Notes under the pieces: generated by a model | Database searches by the model: none | What the model saw: the letters and a program-made list of their open reading frames with translations, nothing else | What the model was told of the DNA's origin: nothing | Made by a program: the position numbers and the translations under genes | Shown: positions 1 through 9,767 of the stretch, in pieces | Position numbering within the stretch: the stretch's first letter is position 1 | Layout: each line of letters begins with the position of its first letter | Assembly: GCA_050118535.1 (NCBI GenBank) | Contig: JASFKR010000005.1 | Location: forward strand, 5,199 to 69,198 | DNA from: Myxococcales bacterium | Lineage (GTDB): Bacteria; Myxococcota_A; Polyangia; Polyangiales; JAFGIB01 | Reading direction: 5' to 3' | DNA length: 64,000 nucleotides

Positions 1-1145
1 ACCGGGAGATTGCGCGCCTGCATCCCGATGCCGGGGCCCTCGCTCGGCGGGGTGGTGCGCGCCAGCCCCACCGATGCGAACGCGAGCGAGGAGACCGCCG
101 CGGCATAGGCGAGCATCACGCGGGTCACCCGCACCGCCTGGACGCGCGGCGCCATTCGGCGAGCCAGGTCGCTGGCGAGCATGGGGGTCGCGAGCAGCAG
201 GAACCAGGGGAGAAAGCGCACCGAACCGAGCGCCATCCAGGCCAGCCCCAGCGCGCACAGCAGGCTGGCCCACCCGGCGGGGCCGGCGGCGAGCTGGCCT
301 CGCACGCCGAGGGCGAGCAGCGCCAGAAATGCCGCGGCGATGGCCATCATGGCGGCCGGATCGTCGGCGCTCCAGCCGCGCCACTCGCGAAAGAGCGACG
401 ACGCCTCACCCCCGCCCGCGTGGTGGACCGCTTCCGCGAGCAGCCCCCAGCCGAACGGCGTCACGCAACTGGCCGCGAGCTGGGCCACCCACAGCCCGAG
501 GAAGAAGTTGCGCATCCGGGGCCGCCGCAGGTGCGCCACGAGGTACGCGCCCGTGAGCATCAACCCCAGCAGGCTCGAGCCGTGCAAATTGATCCACACG
601 ATCTGGACGACGACCAGGCCGGCACCCCAGCGAAGCCGCGTGCGCGCGTCGTCGGTGGTGGCCACGCGGTGCAGCCCCAACAGCACGACGGCCGCGGCCA
701 ACAGGCCGAAGACGTGGGGCCGCGCCGACAGCCGGAATCGCACGGCCGGCACCGCCGCGATCGTCAGCAACGACCCCAGCGCCGGTCCCGGTGGTGGCCC
801 GGAACGCACCGCGGTCGTGCGCCACAACACCCATGCCAGCGCCGATAGCAGCACGAGCTTGAGGGCGAGCACTCCGTTGCCACCGCCCGTGACCAGCGCC
901 AGATACAACAACACCCCGCTCAACCAGTTGTGATTGTTCCAGGCTCTCGGCGACCCGCCATCGATGCCGAAGGTGTCGACGAGGGGCACACGGCCCAACT
1001 CGACGATCTGTCGGCCTGCCGCCAGGTGGCCGAAGGTGTCGATGTTGCTCACCGGAAAGAGCCCGGCCAGCACGAGCGTCAGCACCCAAATCAGAGCGGA
1101 CAGGCGGCGCAACGGTGAGCGAGGCTGGGAGGGGTTCGAACGCAT
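1..1145 (-). CDS. Polytopic membrane protein, 3'-truncated by window edge (possible GT-C/YfhO-like glycosyltransferase)
   Basis: Not in the ORF track because it runs off the window. My own minus-strand translation starts at ATG 1145: MRSNPSQPRSPLRRLSALIWVLTLVLAGLFPVSNIDTFGHLAAGRQIVELGRVPLVDTFGIDGGSPRAWNNHNWLSGVLLYLALV... The frame stays open to position 1, has many hydrophobic helices and G/C-ending codons. It is divergent from the YfhO-like gene at 1286. Confidence 0.55.
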   Translation of the reverse strand, partial: MRSNPSQPRSPLRRLSALIWVLTLVLAGLFPVSNIDTFGHLAAGRQIVELGRVPLVDTFGIDGGSPRAWNNHNWLSGVLLYLALVTGGGNGVLALKLVLLSALAWVLWRTTAVRSGPPPGPALGSLLTIAAVPAVRFRLSARPHVFGLLAAAVVLLGLHRVATTDDARTRLRWGAGLVVVQIVWINLHGSSLLGLMLTGAYLVAHLRRPRMRNFFLGLWVAQLAASCVTPFGWGLLAEAVHHAGGGEASSLFREWRGWSADDPAAMMAIAAAFLALLALGVRGQLAAGPAGWASLLCALGLAWMALGSVRFLPWFLLLATPMLASDLARRMAPRVQAVRVTRVMLAYAAAVSSLAFASVGLARTTPPSEGPGIGMQARNLP

Positions 1146-1285
1146 ACGGGCCGACGGATCGGTCGCGCTCGCAGCAGTGCGCCGTCGACCGTTGCCGTCG
1201 CACCTGCGCGCTTCTTGAATTCTCTCCCGCGGCCGATGGTAAAGTCAAAGAGCCCGCGGCTGCCGCTTCCGCCGCCGATGCGCCA

Positions 1286-3079
1286 ATGGCCGAGCACGAC
1301 TCCTCAGCGGCTTCTCCACGCCCGGCAACGCCGGATGCGGCCGCGATCGACTGGCGGCCATGGGCGCTGGCCCTGGCCTTCGCGGCGCTCTTCGCAAGCG
1401 GCTTGTTTTCCTGTCTCGACTGCCTCGGCATCGCGGACTGGGACTCGTTCACGGCGCACGCGCTGGTGAGCCGGCGCGCCGTGCTGGAATACGGCCAGCT
1501 CCCGACCTGGAATCCGTATCACTGCGGCGGCATGTCGATCGCCGCGAACTTTCAGAGCCGCACCTACTCGCCGAGCTTCCTGCTCGTGCTCGCGTTCGGG
1601 CCGGTGCTCGGGCTGCGGCTCTGGGTGGTGCTGCTACTCGCGCTGGGGTTCGAGGGCGGCCGACGTCTGGCGCTACGAACCGGAGCGAGCACATCCGGAA
1701 GCCTGCTCGTCGGCCTCGTGGCGGCGGGCAACGGGCACGTGATCATGCACATGGCCGCAGGACACCTGGCGCTGTTGACGGTGGTGCTCGCCCCCCTGTT
1801 CGCGATGGCGGTGCGGGACGCATGGGACACGCCCCGCAGGGGCCTCGCCTGCGCGGGACTCTGGGGCGGGCTCGTGCTGGCCGAGGGCGGACTGTATCCC
1901 TTCGTCTACATGGTCCTGCTCGCGGGACTCTGGTCCGCGCTGGAAGCGCTGCGGCGCCGCAAGGCGAGACCGCTCGTCGCCCCAGCCCTGGCGGCGGCGG
2001 GCGCGCTGTTGGTGTCGGCGGCAACCATGCTGCCATCGGTCATCTACCTGCTGGGTCGGGGGGCGCGCCCGATCGACCAGATGGAGACGCTGCCGGCGGG
2101 CGCGCTGGGCACGCTGCTGTTGGGCGTGGATCAGGGAATCGACGGTCGCATGAGGTTTCCGGGACAGGCCTGGTGGTGGCACGAATACGGAACCTACGTC
2201 GGCCCCCTCTTCCTGCTGCTGGTCGCGCTCGGGTCTTGGCGAGCGCCACGCAAGGCGCTGCCATGGGTGCTCCTGGGGGTGGCCTTCCTGCTGGTGGCCC
2301 TGGGCGACCATGGACCGTTGAGCCCCTGGCGCCTGCTGCACCACCTGCCCGTCTTCGACTCCATGCGCGTGCCCAGCCGCGCCCTGTATTTCACCGTGCT
2401 GTGCTGGGGGCTGGCCGCCGCCCGCGCCCTGGACGGCGTGGCGCTTCGCACGGGCGGGGTGGTCGTGGCACTGCTCGCGCTGAACCTGGCGGTGGTCTTG
2501 GTCCCGGTGGGATTCTCCGCGTTCGGAGTGCCGGTGGATCTGAGCCCGCACGATGGCCGCTTCCAACAGCGCGCGGGCCTGCAGCAGGTTCAGCGACTGG
2601 CGCGGGAAAACCGCACCACCCAAACCCTCGACGTGCTGCACGAGCGGGGTGACGTGGAGTGCTACGACCCCGTCGCGCCGCCGATTGGCGCACGTCAGCA
2701 GCCACCCGGTGTCGGGGAAGTGGAGTTGCTCGACGCCGAGGGGCGTCCGGCCGGTCGCGTCCGCACCCTCGCCTGGTCGCCTTCGCGCCTGGTCTACGCG
2801 GTCGACGTCCCGGACGACCCGCTCGCGCTCGTGGTGAACCAGAACTACGACGCGGGCTGGGTCCGCGCCGACGGCGTGCCGGTCCGTTCCGCGGGCGGTC
2901 GGCTGGCGACGGTGGTGGCGCCGGGCACCGAGCGCGTGGAGCTGGAGTACGCGCCGCTGGATCTCTACGTGGGACTGATCATCGGGCTGCTGTCGCTGGC
3001 CGTGTGCTTGCGTGAGCTACGGCGCTCCGCGGCGTCACGCGCGCACTCGGACTCGGCGTCGAGTACCCTCGGGGCATGA
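1286..3079 (+). CDS. YfhO-like polytopic membrane protein (putative GT-C glycosyltransferase)
   Basis: ORF 1115..3079. I prefer the ATG at 1286 (MAEHDSS...) because the upstream codons look non-coding. There are 10 or more hydrophobic helices. The C-terminal block VVNQNYDAGWVRADGVPVRSAGGRLATVVAPGTERVELEYAP plus a terminal TM resembles the YfhO-family C-terminus. Confidence 0.6.
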   Translation: MAEHDSSAASPRPATPDAAAIDWRPWALALAFAALFASGLFSCLDCLGIADWDSFTAHALVSRRAVLEYGQLPTWNPYHCGGMSIAANFQSRTYSPSFLLVLAFGPVLGLRLWVVLLLALGFEGGRRLALRTGASTSGSLLVGLVAAGNGHVIMHMAAGHLALLTVVLAPLFAMAVRDAWDTPRRGLACAGLWGGLVLAEGGLYPFVYMVLLAGLWSALEALRRRKARPLVAPALAAAGALLVSAATMLPSVIYLLGRGARPIDQMETLPAGALGTLLLGVDQGIDGRMRFPGQAWWWHEYGTYVGPLFLLLVALGSWRAPRKALPWVLLGVAFLLVALGDHGPLSPWRLLHHLPVFDSMRVPSRALYFTVLCWGLAAARALDGVALRTGGVVVALLALNLAVVLVPVGFSAFGVPVDLSPHDGRFQQRAGLQQVQRLARENRTTQTLDVLHERGDVECYDPVAPPIGARQQPPGVGEVELLDAEGRPAGRVRTLAWSPSRLVYAVDVPDDPLALVVNQNYDAGWVRADGVPVRSAGGRLATVVAPGTERVELEYAPLDLYVGLIIGLLSLAVCLRELRRSAASRAHSDSASSTLGA

Positions 3080-3957
3080 ACGAGCGTCCTCCCCCCTCCC
3101 GCAAGGCCCGGCTGCTCGGCGCCGCGCTGGCGATCTTGATGATCGGCGTCGTGGCTCTGGCGCTCACCCGCGTCACCATGACGCTGGACATGGATCAGGA
3201 CGTGAAAGTGACCCTGCAGGGGCGCCTTCCATTCCGCGCGCGCATCGACGAGGACATGCAGGTGGCACCGCAGCGAGACATCGAGGCCAGCGTACAGCTC
3301 GATCAGCGGCTGGAGGTGCCGATCGACGAGCGGATCATGGTGCCGCTCGACATCCGGCTGAAGCTGCCGATCGACGCCGAGGTGCTGATCGACGAAGAGC
3401 TGGAGGTGGATCTGACGGTCCCGGTGGACCTGACCCTCACCGAGCGCGAGCTGAAGCTGACCCAGGTGCGCGTGCCCCTCGACACGGAGGTCTTCGTGGA
3501 TGACGTCGTGAAGGTCGACACGGTGGTTCCGCTCGACACCGAGGTCTCCAGCGTGCTGGGCATCGACGTCCCCGTGAAGGCGGACCTGCCGGTGAAGCTG
3601 AGCGTCCCGATTCGCCAGAAGATGCGCATCAAGGACACGATGACGGTGCCCATCGAGGGACTGCGTGCGCCCCTGCACCTGGAGGTCCCGGTCAAGACAC
3701 GGATGCCGCTCAAGCAGAAGATCCGCGTGCGAGGCGAAGTGGACGTGCCCGTCCGCAAGACCATCCCGGTGCACATCAAACACGCGGTCGTGGCGCCGGT
3801 GGCCACGTCCATGCCCGTGCGCGTTCGGCTGCCGGAACACTTGCCGGTCAAGCTGGTCGCGGACATCAACGCCAGCGTGAACATCGACGAGCAGGTCCCC
3901 GTGCGGCTCGGGCAGGTCCGGCTGAAGGCCGAGGCGGTCGGGTTCGACGTGGAGTGA
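3076..3957 (+). CDS. N-terminally membrane-anchored protein made of short V-P-x-D / V-P-V-K beta-strand-like repeats (hypothetical)
   Basis: ATGA start/stop overlap with the YfhO-like gene. TM anchor LLGAALAILMIGVVALALT. The remaining 250 aa or so are quasi-periodic: LEVPIDERIMVPLDIRLKLPIDAEVLIDEELEVDLTVPVDL...VPLDTEV...VPVKADLPVKLSVPI... Confidence 0.6.
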   Translation: MNERPPPSRKARLLGAALAILMIGVVALALTRVTMTLDMDQDVKVTLQGRLPFRARIDEDMQVAPQRDIEASVQLDQRLEVPIDERIMVPLDIRLKLPIDAEVLIDEELEVDLTVPVDLTLTERELKLTQVRVPLDTEVFVDDVVKVDTVVPLDTEVSSVLGIDVPVKADLPVKLSVPIRQKMRIKDTMTVPIEGLRAPLHLEVPVKTRMPLKQKIRVRGEVDVPVRKTIPVHIKHAVVAPVATSMPVRVRLPEHLPVKLVADINASVNIDEQVPVRLGQVRLKAEAVGFDVE

Positions 3958-4000
3958 GCCCCAGCGGCGTGGAATGAGCCAGGCGCCGCGGGGCCGCGCC

Positions 4001-5167
4001 CTACTCTTCCTGGTCTTCCCCTTCGCCCTCGCCTTCCATGGCGGCCGCCTGCCGCAGGGCATCCTCGGTCTTCTGCTCGGCGGCTTGCTCGAGCTGCTCC
4101 TCCTTGGACAACGCCGGCTTCTCGGTCCAGGGCTGCTCGAAGGCCAGATGGGGCGACGCGCTGCCGTCCGCGAAGGCCGCGCCGATCATCGACAGGGTCC
4201 GCACCGCCAGGGTGTTGCCCTCGCCCGACACGATGGCTCCACAGGCCTTGGTGCCACACAGGGGCTTGAGCATCTCGGTTATCGGCGAGGGCGCAGCGAG
4301 CGCCTCGCGGGCACGGAACTGGAAGAGGGCTTCGGTGGCGGGGGGGCCCTCGAGCAGCTCCTTCTCCAGGTCGGTCTTGGCGATCCGGCCCTGGATGAAG
4401 TCCTCCTTCTTGCGGGCCAGCTCCGCCTTGCGCTTCGCCTCCTCTTCGGTGAGCTCCTCGCCTTCGATTCCGGCGCGGTAGAAGTTCACGTTGACCCCCT
4501 GGCCGGCCGCCAGCAGCTCGATCTTCAGCTCGCCGCCCTTGGCCACGTTCTCCTGCACGTAGGCGCAGCTTCCCGTCTGGGCGCCGCGGCAGGCGTCGTA
4601 GATGGCCTCCCAGGCCTTGGCGAATTCGTCCCACTGGCGCGGATCGACGCTGCCGATCTTCACCGTCTGCTCGGCGCGCGTCCGCGGCGTGATCACGAAG
4701 TTCTTGACCGTCATCCAGCCGGTCTCGGTCGCGGTGCCGGCCTTGCGCACGGCGAAGGCCACGTCGCGGAATCCGGCCTGCTTGGCCGTGGTCAGCACGC
4801 GCGCCAGGGTGTCGTAGGGCGTCGACGAGTGGACGTGCAGCACGAGCGTGCTCTTGGCAGGGCTCGCGAGCGCCGACTTCAACTCCCCGATGACCTCGCT
4901 GGAGCGCGCCGCCTCCGGCAGCTTGCCGCTCTCGAGCGTCATGATGGGTTTGTCATCGACGCGGATGCCGGCGGGCGTGATCTCCACCTTGCGCGCATCG
5001 CCCGGCTTGGGGTCGCCCGAGCGCAGGGAGATGGGCAGCTCCAGCACGCCCAGGGCCGGCACATCGGGTCCGGCGGCTTCGGTCGAAGCCTCCTTCTCCT
5101 CGTCGCTGCAGGCGATGAGCGAAGTCAGCAGGCACAGCGTGATTAGGGAGCGCAGGGCGTGATTCAT
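4001..5167 (-). CDS. Lipoprotein, hypothetical (weak ExbD/TolR-like segment, Lys/Glu coiled region, acidic tail)
   Basis: Only the 3' 1167 nt of track ORF 4001..7333 look coding. ATG at 5167 gives MNHALRSLITLCLLTSLIAC, a signal peptide plus lipobox. The segment STLVLHVHSSTPYDTLARVLTTAKQAGFRDVAFAV resembles an ExbD-type fold. The rest of the 1110-aa ORF is antisense to the aminotransferase and TPR genes. Confidence 0.6.
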   Translation of the reverse strand: MNHALRSLITLCLLTSLIACSDEEKEASTEAAGPDVPALGVLELPISLRSGDPKPGDARKVEITPAGIRVDDKPIMTLESGKLPEAARSSEVIGELKSALASPAKSTLVLHVHSSTPYDTLARVLTTAKQAGFRDVAFAVRKAGTATETGWMTVKNFVITPRTRAEQTVKIGSVDPRQWDEFAKAWEAIYDACRGAQTGSCAYVQENVAKGGELKIELLAAGQGVNVNFYRAGIEGEELTEEEAKRKAELARKKEDFIQGRIAKTDLEKELLEGPPATEALFQFRAREALAAPSPITEMLKPLCGTKACGAIVSGEGNTLAVRTLSMIGAAFADGSASPHLAFEQPWTEKPALSKEEQLEQAAEQKTEDALRQAAAMEGEGEGEDQEE

Positions 5168-5212
5168 GGTCGGCACTGTACCCCGCGACGCGGGCTGTAG
5201 TACACAGCCCCC

Positions 5213-6379
5213 ATGCCGCGATTCCCCTCGCTCGCTGGGAGCGCCGACGGCCTGTCCGATCGGGTCTTCGGGCAGCGCGCGCCCGGCGTGAAGCCCGCCG
5301 ACCACGTCTATCCGCTGAACGTGGGCGACACCTACCGTCAGCCCCCCGAGGTCGCGCGCGTGGAGCAGCTGCGTGCGGGTGAGCACCCGCGCCTCTACAA
5401 CTACTCGCCGGTGCAGGGCGAGCCGGCGCTGCTCGACGCCATCGTGGACAAGGTCGAACGCCGCAGCGGCGTCGAGCTGCAGCGCGACCACCTGCAGGTC
5501 ATGAATGGGGCCACCTCGGGACTCGGCGTGGTCTGCACGGCGCTGCTCGACCCGGGCGACGAGGTATTGCTGCCCTCGCCCTACTGGCCCCTGATCCGCG
5601 GCATCGTCCGATTCCGCGGCGCGGTGCCCGTGGAGGTGCCCCTGCTGACGCGGCTCGACGAGCCGGGCTTCGATCCCGTGGCGGCGCTGGAGGCGGCGAT
5701 CACGCCGCGCACCGCCGCGCTCTACCTCAACTCCCCGCACAACCCCACGGGTCGTGTCCTGCCCGACGCGCTGCTGTCGGGCATCGCCGACTTGGCCGCC
5801 CGCCACGACCTGTGGGTGATCTGTGACGAGGTCTACGAGGACCTTTGGTACGGACCGTCGCCGCCACCGTCGCCGTGGGCCCGCCGCGATTTGCGCGAGC
5901 GGGCGGTGGCCAGCCACAGCGTGTCGAAGGCCTACGGGCTGGCAGCCGCCCGCGTCGGATACACCCATGGTCCGGAGTCGGCCATGGAGGCGGTGCGCGG
6001 GGTGCAGACCTTCTTCACCTACTGCGCGCCCCGCCCGATGCAGCTGGGCGCCGCGCGCGCGCTCTCGGAGGGCGACGAGTGGCTCGCCGACGCCCGGCGC
6101 GACTATGCGCGCGCCGCCGCGGCCGCCTGCGAAGCCCTGGAGCTGCCCCGCCCCGAGGGCGGCACCTTCCTCTTCTTTCCCGCCGCGCCCTACCTGCGGC
6201 GGAGCGAGTCGACGGCCGATCTCCTGAACCGGTGTGCCGCCGGCGGCGTCATGCTCACGCCGGGGCGATCGTCGGGCCGCGATTACGACGACTGGCTGCG
6301 GCTGTGCTTCACGAGCGTGCCCCAGGTCGAGCTCGAGGCCGCCCTCGATCGCCTGCTGAAGGTGCTCCGCAAATCGTAA
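5213..6379 (+). CDS. Class I/II PLP-dependent aminotransferase
   Basis: 388 aa. Motifs NYSPVQGEP, NSPHNPTG and SVSKAYGLAAARVGY (PLP lysine) are typical of the AspC/aromatic aminotransferase fold type I. Confidence 0.8.
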   Translation: MPRFPSLAGSADGLSDRVFGQRAPGVKPADHVYPLNVGDTYRQPPEVARVEQLRAGEHPRLYNYSPVQGEPALLDAIVDKVERRSGVELQRDHLQVMNGATSGLGVVCTALLDPGDEVLLPSPYWPLIRGIVRFRGAVPVEVPLLTRLDEPGFDPVAALEAAITPRTAALYLNSPHNPTGRVLPDALLSGIADLAARHDLWVICDEVYEDLWYGPSPPPSPWARRDLRERAVASHSVSKAYGLAAARVGYTHGPESAMEAVRGVQTFFTYCAPRPMQLGAARALSEGDEWLADARRDYARAAAAACEALELPRPEGGTFLFFPAAPYLRRSESTADLLNRCAAGGVMLTPGRSSGRDYDDWLRLCFTSVPQVELEAALDRLLKVLRKS

Positions 6380-6604
6380 CCGGGCGCACGCCTCGCCGTG
6401 CTTTCCAGGACCTGCGCGAACGCGAATGCGCATGGATTTGCGCAACCCGGGCGGTGATCCCGGAAATCCGGGAACCCCCGCAAACCAGATGTGGGACCCC
6501 GCTGGACATTGCCCCCTAGCTACTTTAGACCGTCCCCAGTTCAATACGTCCCCGGGGCGCCACGATGGGCGCACCCAAGGCGGGACGGGACGGGGAAGCA
6601 GTAC

Positions 6605-7957
6605 ATGGGGGCCAGAGACATTCGCCAGTCCGCGCAGTCGGACCATTCCGGGCTCAAGCGCGTTCCCGCGCTGGCGGCCGACTACGCACCGGCGGTGGAC
6701 GAATACGCCACCGCCCTGATCGCGCGCATCCAGCGCGACCGCCACGACGAGGAGGCGGTGCTCGCGCTCAAGCAGCACTACGAGGTCCACCGCGACTTCC
6801 CGTCGCTGGCGAACCTGATGGAGGGCTGGGGCGACAACCTGCGCGACGACCCGCGGGCCGCCGCCGCCTACGTGACGGCCGGCGACGCGGTCATGTCGGG
6901 GACGGGCGACTTCGATCGCGCCCGGGCGCTGTACGAGCGCGCGCTGGCCCGCTATCCGGAGAGCGAAGAGGCCCTCTCCCGCATCGACGAGCTGCTGCGC
7001 GCGATGCACGACCACGCGGGCCTCGAGCGCGTGCTGTGCCAGCTCGTGGCCACCCTGCAGCACCGCATGGCGCCCGCCGGCCTCGTGGCCGGCGTGCACC
7101 ACCGGCTGGGCGAGCTCTACGAGCACCGCATGATGCTGCCCGGGCGCGCCATCGCGGCCTATCGTCGCGCGGTCGAGCTCGACGGCAGGCGCGTGCCTGC
7201 CATCGAGGCCGCCCGGCGCATCTACGAGGCGGCGGACAAGCACGAGGCCGTGGCGGACATGTACGAGCTGGAGATCGCCGCAGTCTCCGACCCGGACGAG
7301 CGTCACGAGCTGCTGCTCTCGCTCGCGATCCATCAGCGCGACTTCCTGGAGGACCTGGACGCGGCCGTGCGCGCGGCGCGGCGCGCGATCAAGCTCGCGC
7401 CGGGTCGCGCCGAGACCCTCGAGCTGCTGGCAGAGCTGCTGGTGGAGCGCGCCAGTCAGCAGCCCGAGGGCGCCGACGAGGCCGATCTGTGGCGTGCGGC
7501 GGAGCTATTTTACCAGGTGGCCCGCGCCGTGCCCCGTGGCAAGGCCCTCGCCCACCTGATGACCAGCCTTGCCCTGTGCCCCCAACACGAGCGCGCGCAG
7601 CGCATGGCCACCGAGCTCAAGGGCTACCGTCGGGCGCGCGACGAGCTCAGCGACGAGCAGGGCCCCGCCGAGGCCGAGGCATCGCAGGCCGAGGTGGATC
7701 GGCGCGAGACGGGCCGCTTCGCGCCGGCCGGCGCCGGCCATGCCACGCGTCCGACGGCGCCGCCCCCGCCCGGTCCCCGGAGCGAGGAGGTCGCCACCTG
7801 GCTGGGCGACGACGATCTGGAGCCGATCGAGGGATCCGTCGGCACCGAGGCCATGGTTCCGGTCACCGAACGCCCGCCGGCGCCCCGTTCGAGCGTCCCG
7901 CCCCTGGGCGACACGCTGCCCGCCCGCTTCCGCGCGGTCCCGCCACGCCGGCGCTGA
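6605..7957 (+). CDS. TPR-like repeat protein with Pro-rich C-terminus (hypothetical)
   Basis: ORF 6491..7957. ATG at 6605 is preferred (GGGGAAG upstream). Ala/Leu/Arg-rich helical repeats, e.g. FDRARALYERALARYPESEEALSRIDELL and GRAIAAYRRAVELD. Confidence 0.5.
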   Translation: MGARDIRQSAQSDHSGLKRVPALAADYAPAVDEYATALIARIQRDRHDEEAVLALKQHYEVHRDFPSLANLMEGWGDNLRDDPRAAAAYVTAGDAVMSGTGDFDRARALYERALARYPESEEALSRIDELLRAMHDHAGLERVLCQLVATLQHRMAPAGLVAGVHHRLGELYEHRMMLPGRAIAAYRRAVELDGRRVPAIEAARRIYEAADKHEAVADMYELEIAAVSDPDERHELLLSLAIHQRDFLEDLDAAVRAARRAIKLAPGRAETLELLAELLVERASQQPEGADEADLWRAAELFYQVARAVPRGKALAHLMTSLALCPQHERAQRMATELKGYRRARDELSDEQGPAEAEASQAEVDRRETGRFAPAGAGHATRPTAPPPPGPRSEEVATWLGDDDLEPIEGSVGTEAMVPVTERPPAPRSSVPPLGDTLPARFRAVPPRRR

Positions 7958-8038
7958 GCCTCTCGCGATCGCGGGCTCGTCGGAACGCGCCATCGCCGCG
8001 CGCACACGGCCACCCATCCGGGCTACCCTCGCCGCCCG

Positions 8039-8290
8039 ATGACCAAACGGCGGCTCTACACGCGGTCCCTGCTGCTGCTGCTGGTGACCGCGCCCTGGCC
8101 CTTCTTTGCGCCGGACCTGCGCGTGGTGTGGGGTCTGCCCCCGTGGGCGCTCTACAGCCTGGGGCTCACGCTGGTCTACGCGCTGCTGCTGCACCGCTCG
8201 CTGGTGCGCCACTGGGAGGTGTCGGCGGCGCCGCCCCCGGGAGCGAAGGAACGCGAACCGGACGAGGGGGGCGGGCGCGGGCATGCCTGA
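8039..8290 (+). CDS. Small two-helix membrane protein (DUF3311-like symporter accessory subunit)
   Basis: 83 aa, with hydrophobic LLLLLVTAPWPFFAP...WALYSLGLTLVYALLL. Its stop overlaps the start of the symporter (gcATGccTGA, 8283/8290). This size and position are typical of small subunits preceding SSS transporters. Confidence 0.45.
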   Translation: MTKRRLYTRSLLLLLVTAPWPFFAPDLRVVWGLPPWALYSLGLTLVYALLLHRSLVRHWEVSAAPPPGAKEREPDEGGGRGHA

Positions 8291-9767
8291 AGCCGAGCCG
8301 CTGCTCTCGGGCGACGGCTACGCCGTGGTCGCGTTGTACTTGCTGGTGCTGGTGAGCGTCGGCATCGCCGGACGGTTGGCACGGCGCGACGACTCCCTGT
8401 CGGACTTCTACCTGGGCGGTCGCAGCCTGGGGCCGCTGGTGCTCTTCCTCACCCTGTACGCGACCCAGTACAGCGGCCTGACCCTGGTCGGCTTCGCCGG
8501 CAACGCCTACCGCAGCGGCTTCTCGTTCCTCGTCGCCGTCACCTTCGGCTGCTCCATCATCGGCGGCTACTTGATCATCGCGCCCCGGCTGCAGGCCCTG
8601 TCGGCACGGCGCGGATACGTGACGGTGGGCGACTACGTCCAGGACCGCTACGGCAGCCGCGCGCTCACCTTCACCGCCACCGGCATCTTCGTCTTCGCCC
8701 TGGCCGCCTACATCCTCTCGAACCTCAAGGCCATCGGCTACGTGGTGCACGCCGCGACCGGCGGCGCCGTGGGCTTCGCCGAGGGCATCGTCGTGCTCTC
8801 GGTGTTGATGGTGGCCTACGAGACCCTGGGCGGGCTGCGCGCAGTCGCCTGGACCGACGTGGTGCAGGGGCTGATCCTGCTTCTGGGCTGCGTCGCCATC
8901 TTCGTGGCCGTCGGCATGCACTACGGCTCGCCGGCCGAAAACGCCGCGCTGCTGCTGTCCCACTCGCCCGCCAAGTGGCAGCCGCCCGATCTGGCCGGCA
9001 AGCTGGGCTGGGCCAGCACGCTGCTGCTCGTGTGCTTCGGCGTCTCCATCTATCCCCACGCCATCCAGCGGATCTACGCGGCGCGCGACGCCACCGTGCT
9101 GCGCCGCTCCCTGTCGCTGATGTTGCTGATGCCGTTCTTCACGACACTGCTGATGCTGCTGATCGGAATCCTGGGCGCGGCGCGGTTCCCGGGCCTGGGC
9201 AAGGACGACAGCGAGCAGATCGTGCTGCACGTGCTGTCCGACGTGGCCTCGACCCACGCCGCGGTCGGCGCGCTGGTGGTGGTGCTGGTGTGCGCCATGA
9301 TCGCGGCGATCATGTCCACGGTGGACTCGGCGCTGCTTGCGGTCGCCTCGCTGGTGACCGAAGACCTCTATGCCCACCTGCGACCGGGCACACCGCAGGC
9401 CCGGCTCACCCGCCTGGGCAAGCGCTTTTCCTGGGCGCTGATGGCGGCCATGGCCTGGCTGGCCATCGAGCTGCCGCAGACCCTGTGGCGGCTCACCGAG
9501 ATCAAGCTCGAGGTGCTCTGCCAGATGGCGCCGGCGATCTTTCTGGGGCTGCACACGCGCGAGGTCACCGCCGGCGCCGTGCTGCGTGGGCTGTGGGTGG
9601 GGCTGGGGCTGACGCTCGTGTTTCTACTCGGTGACATGCTGGGGCTGGGCCTGCCGCGCAAGCCGCTGGGCCTGCACGCGGGCGCCTGGGGGCTGCTCGC
9701 GAACTTCGCCACGGTGCTGCTCGCGACGTCCCGTCGTCGGGGCGCTATGATGAAGCAGCCACCATGA
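8283..9767 (+). CDS. Sodium:solute symporter (SSS) family transporter
   Basis: ORF 8106..9767. The start is reset to ATG 8283 (MPEAEPLLSGDGYAVVALYLLVLV...). About 13 TM helices. YLGGRSLGP and TQYSG-type SSS N-terminal motifs. Confidence 0.8.
   Translation: MPEAEPLLSGDGYAVVALYLLVLVSVGIAGRLARRDDSLSDFYLGGRSLGPLVLFLTLYATQYSGLTLVGFAGNAYRSGFSFLVAVTFGCSIIGGYLIIAPRLQALSARRGYVTVGDYVQDRYGSRALTFTATGIFVFALAAYILSNLKAIGYVVHAATGGAVGFAEGIVVLSVLMVAYETLGGLRAVAWTDVVQGLILLLGCVAIFVAVGMHYGSPAENAALLLSHSPAKWQPPDLAGKLGWASTLLLVCFGVSIYPHAIQRIYAARDATVLRRSLSLMLLMPFFTTLLMLLIGILGAARFPGLGKDDSEQIVLHVLSDVASTHAAVGALVVVLVCAMIAAIMSTVDSALLAVASLVTEDLYAHLRPGTPQARLTRLGKRFSWALMAAMAWLAIELPQTLWRLTEIKLEVLCQMAPAIFLGLHTREVTAGAVLRGLWVGLGLTLVFLLGDMLGLGLPRKPLGLHAGAWGLLANFATVLLATSRRRGAMMKQPP

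Noticed and set aside
4001-7333. The 1,110-aa minus-strand ORF as a single gene
   Set aside because: Only the last 388 codons (from ATG 5167, with a lipoprotein signal) look coding. The upstream 720 codons are antisense to the well-supported aminotransferase (5213-6379) and TPR (6605-7957) genes.
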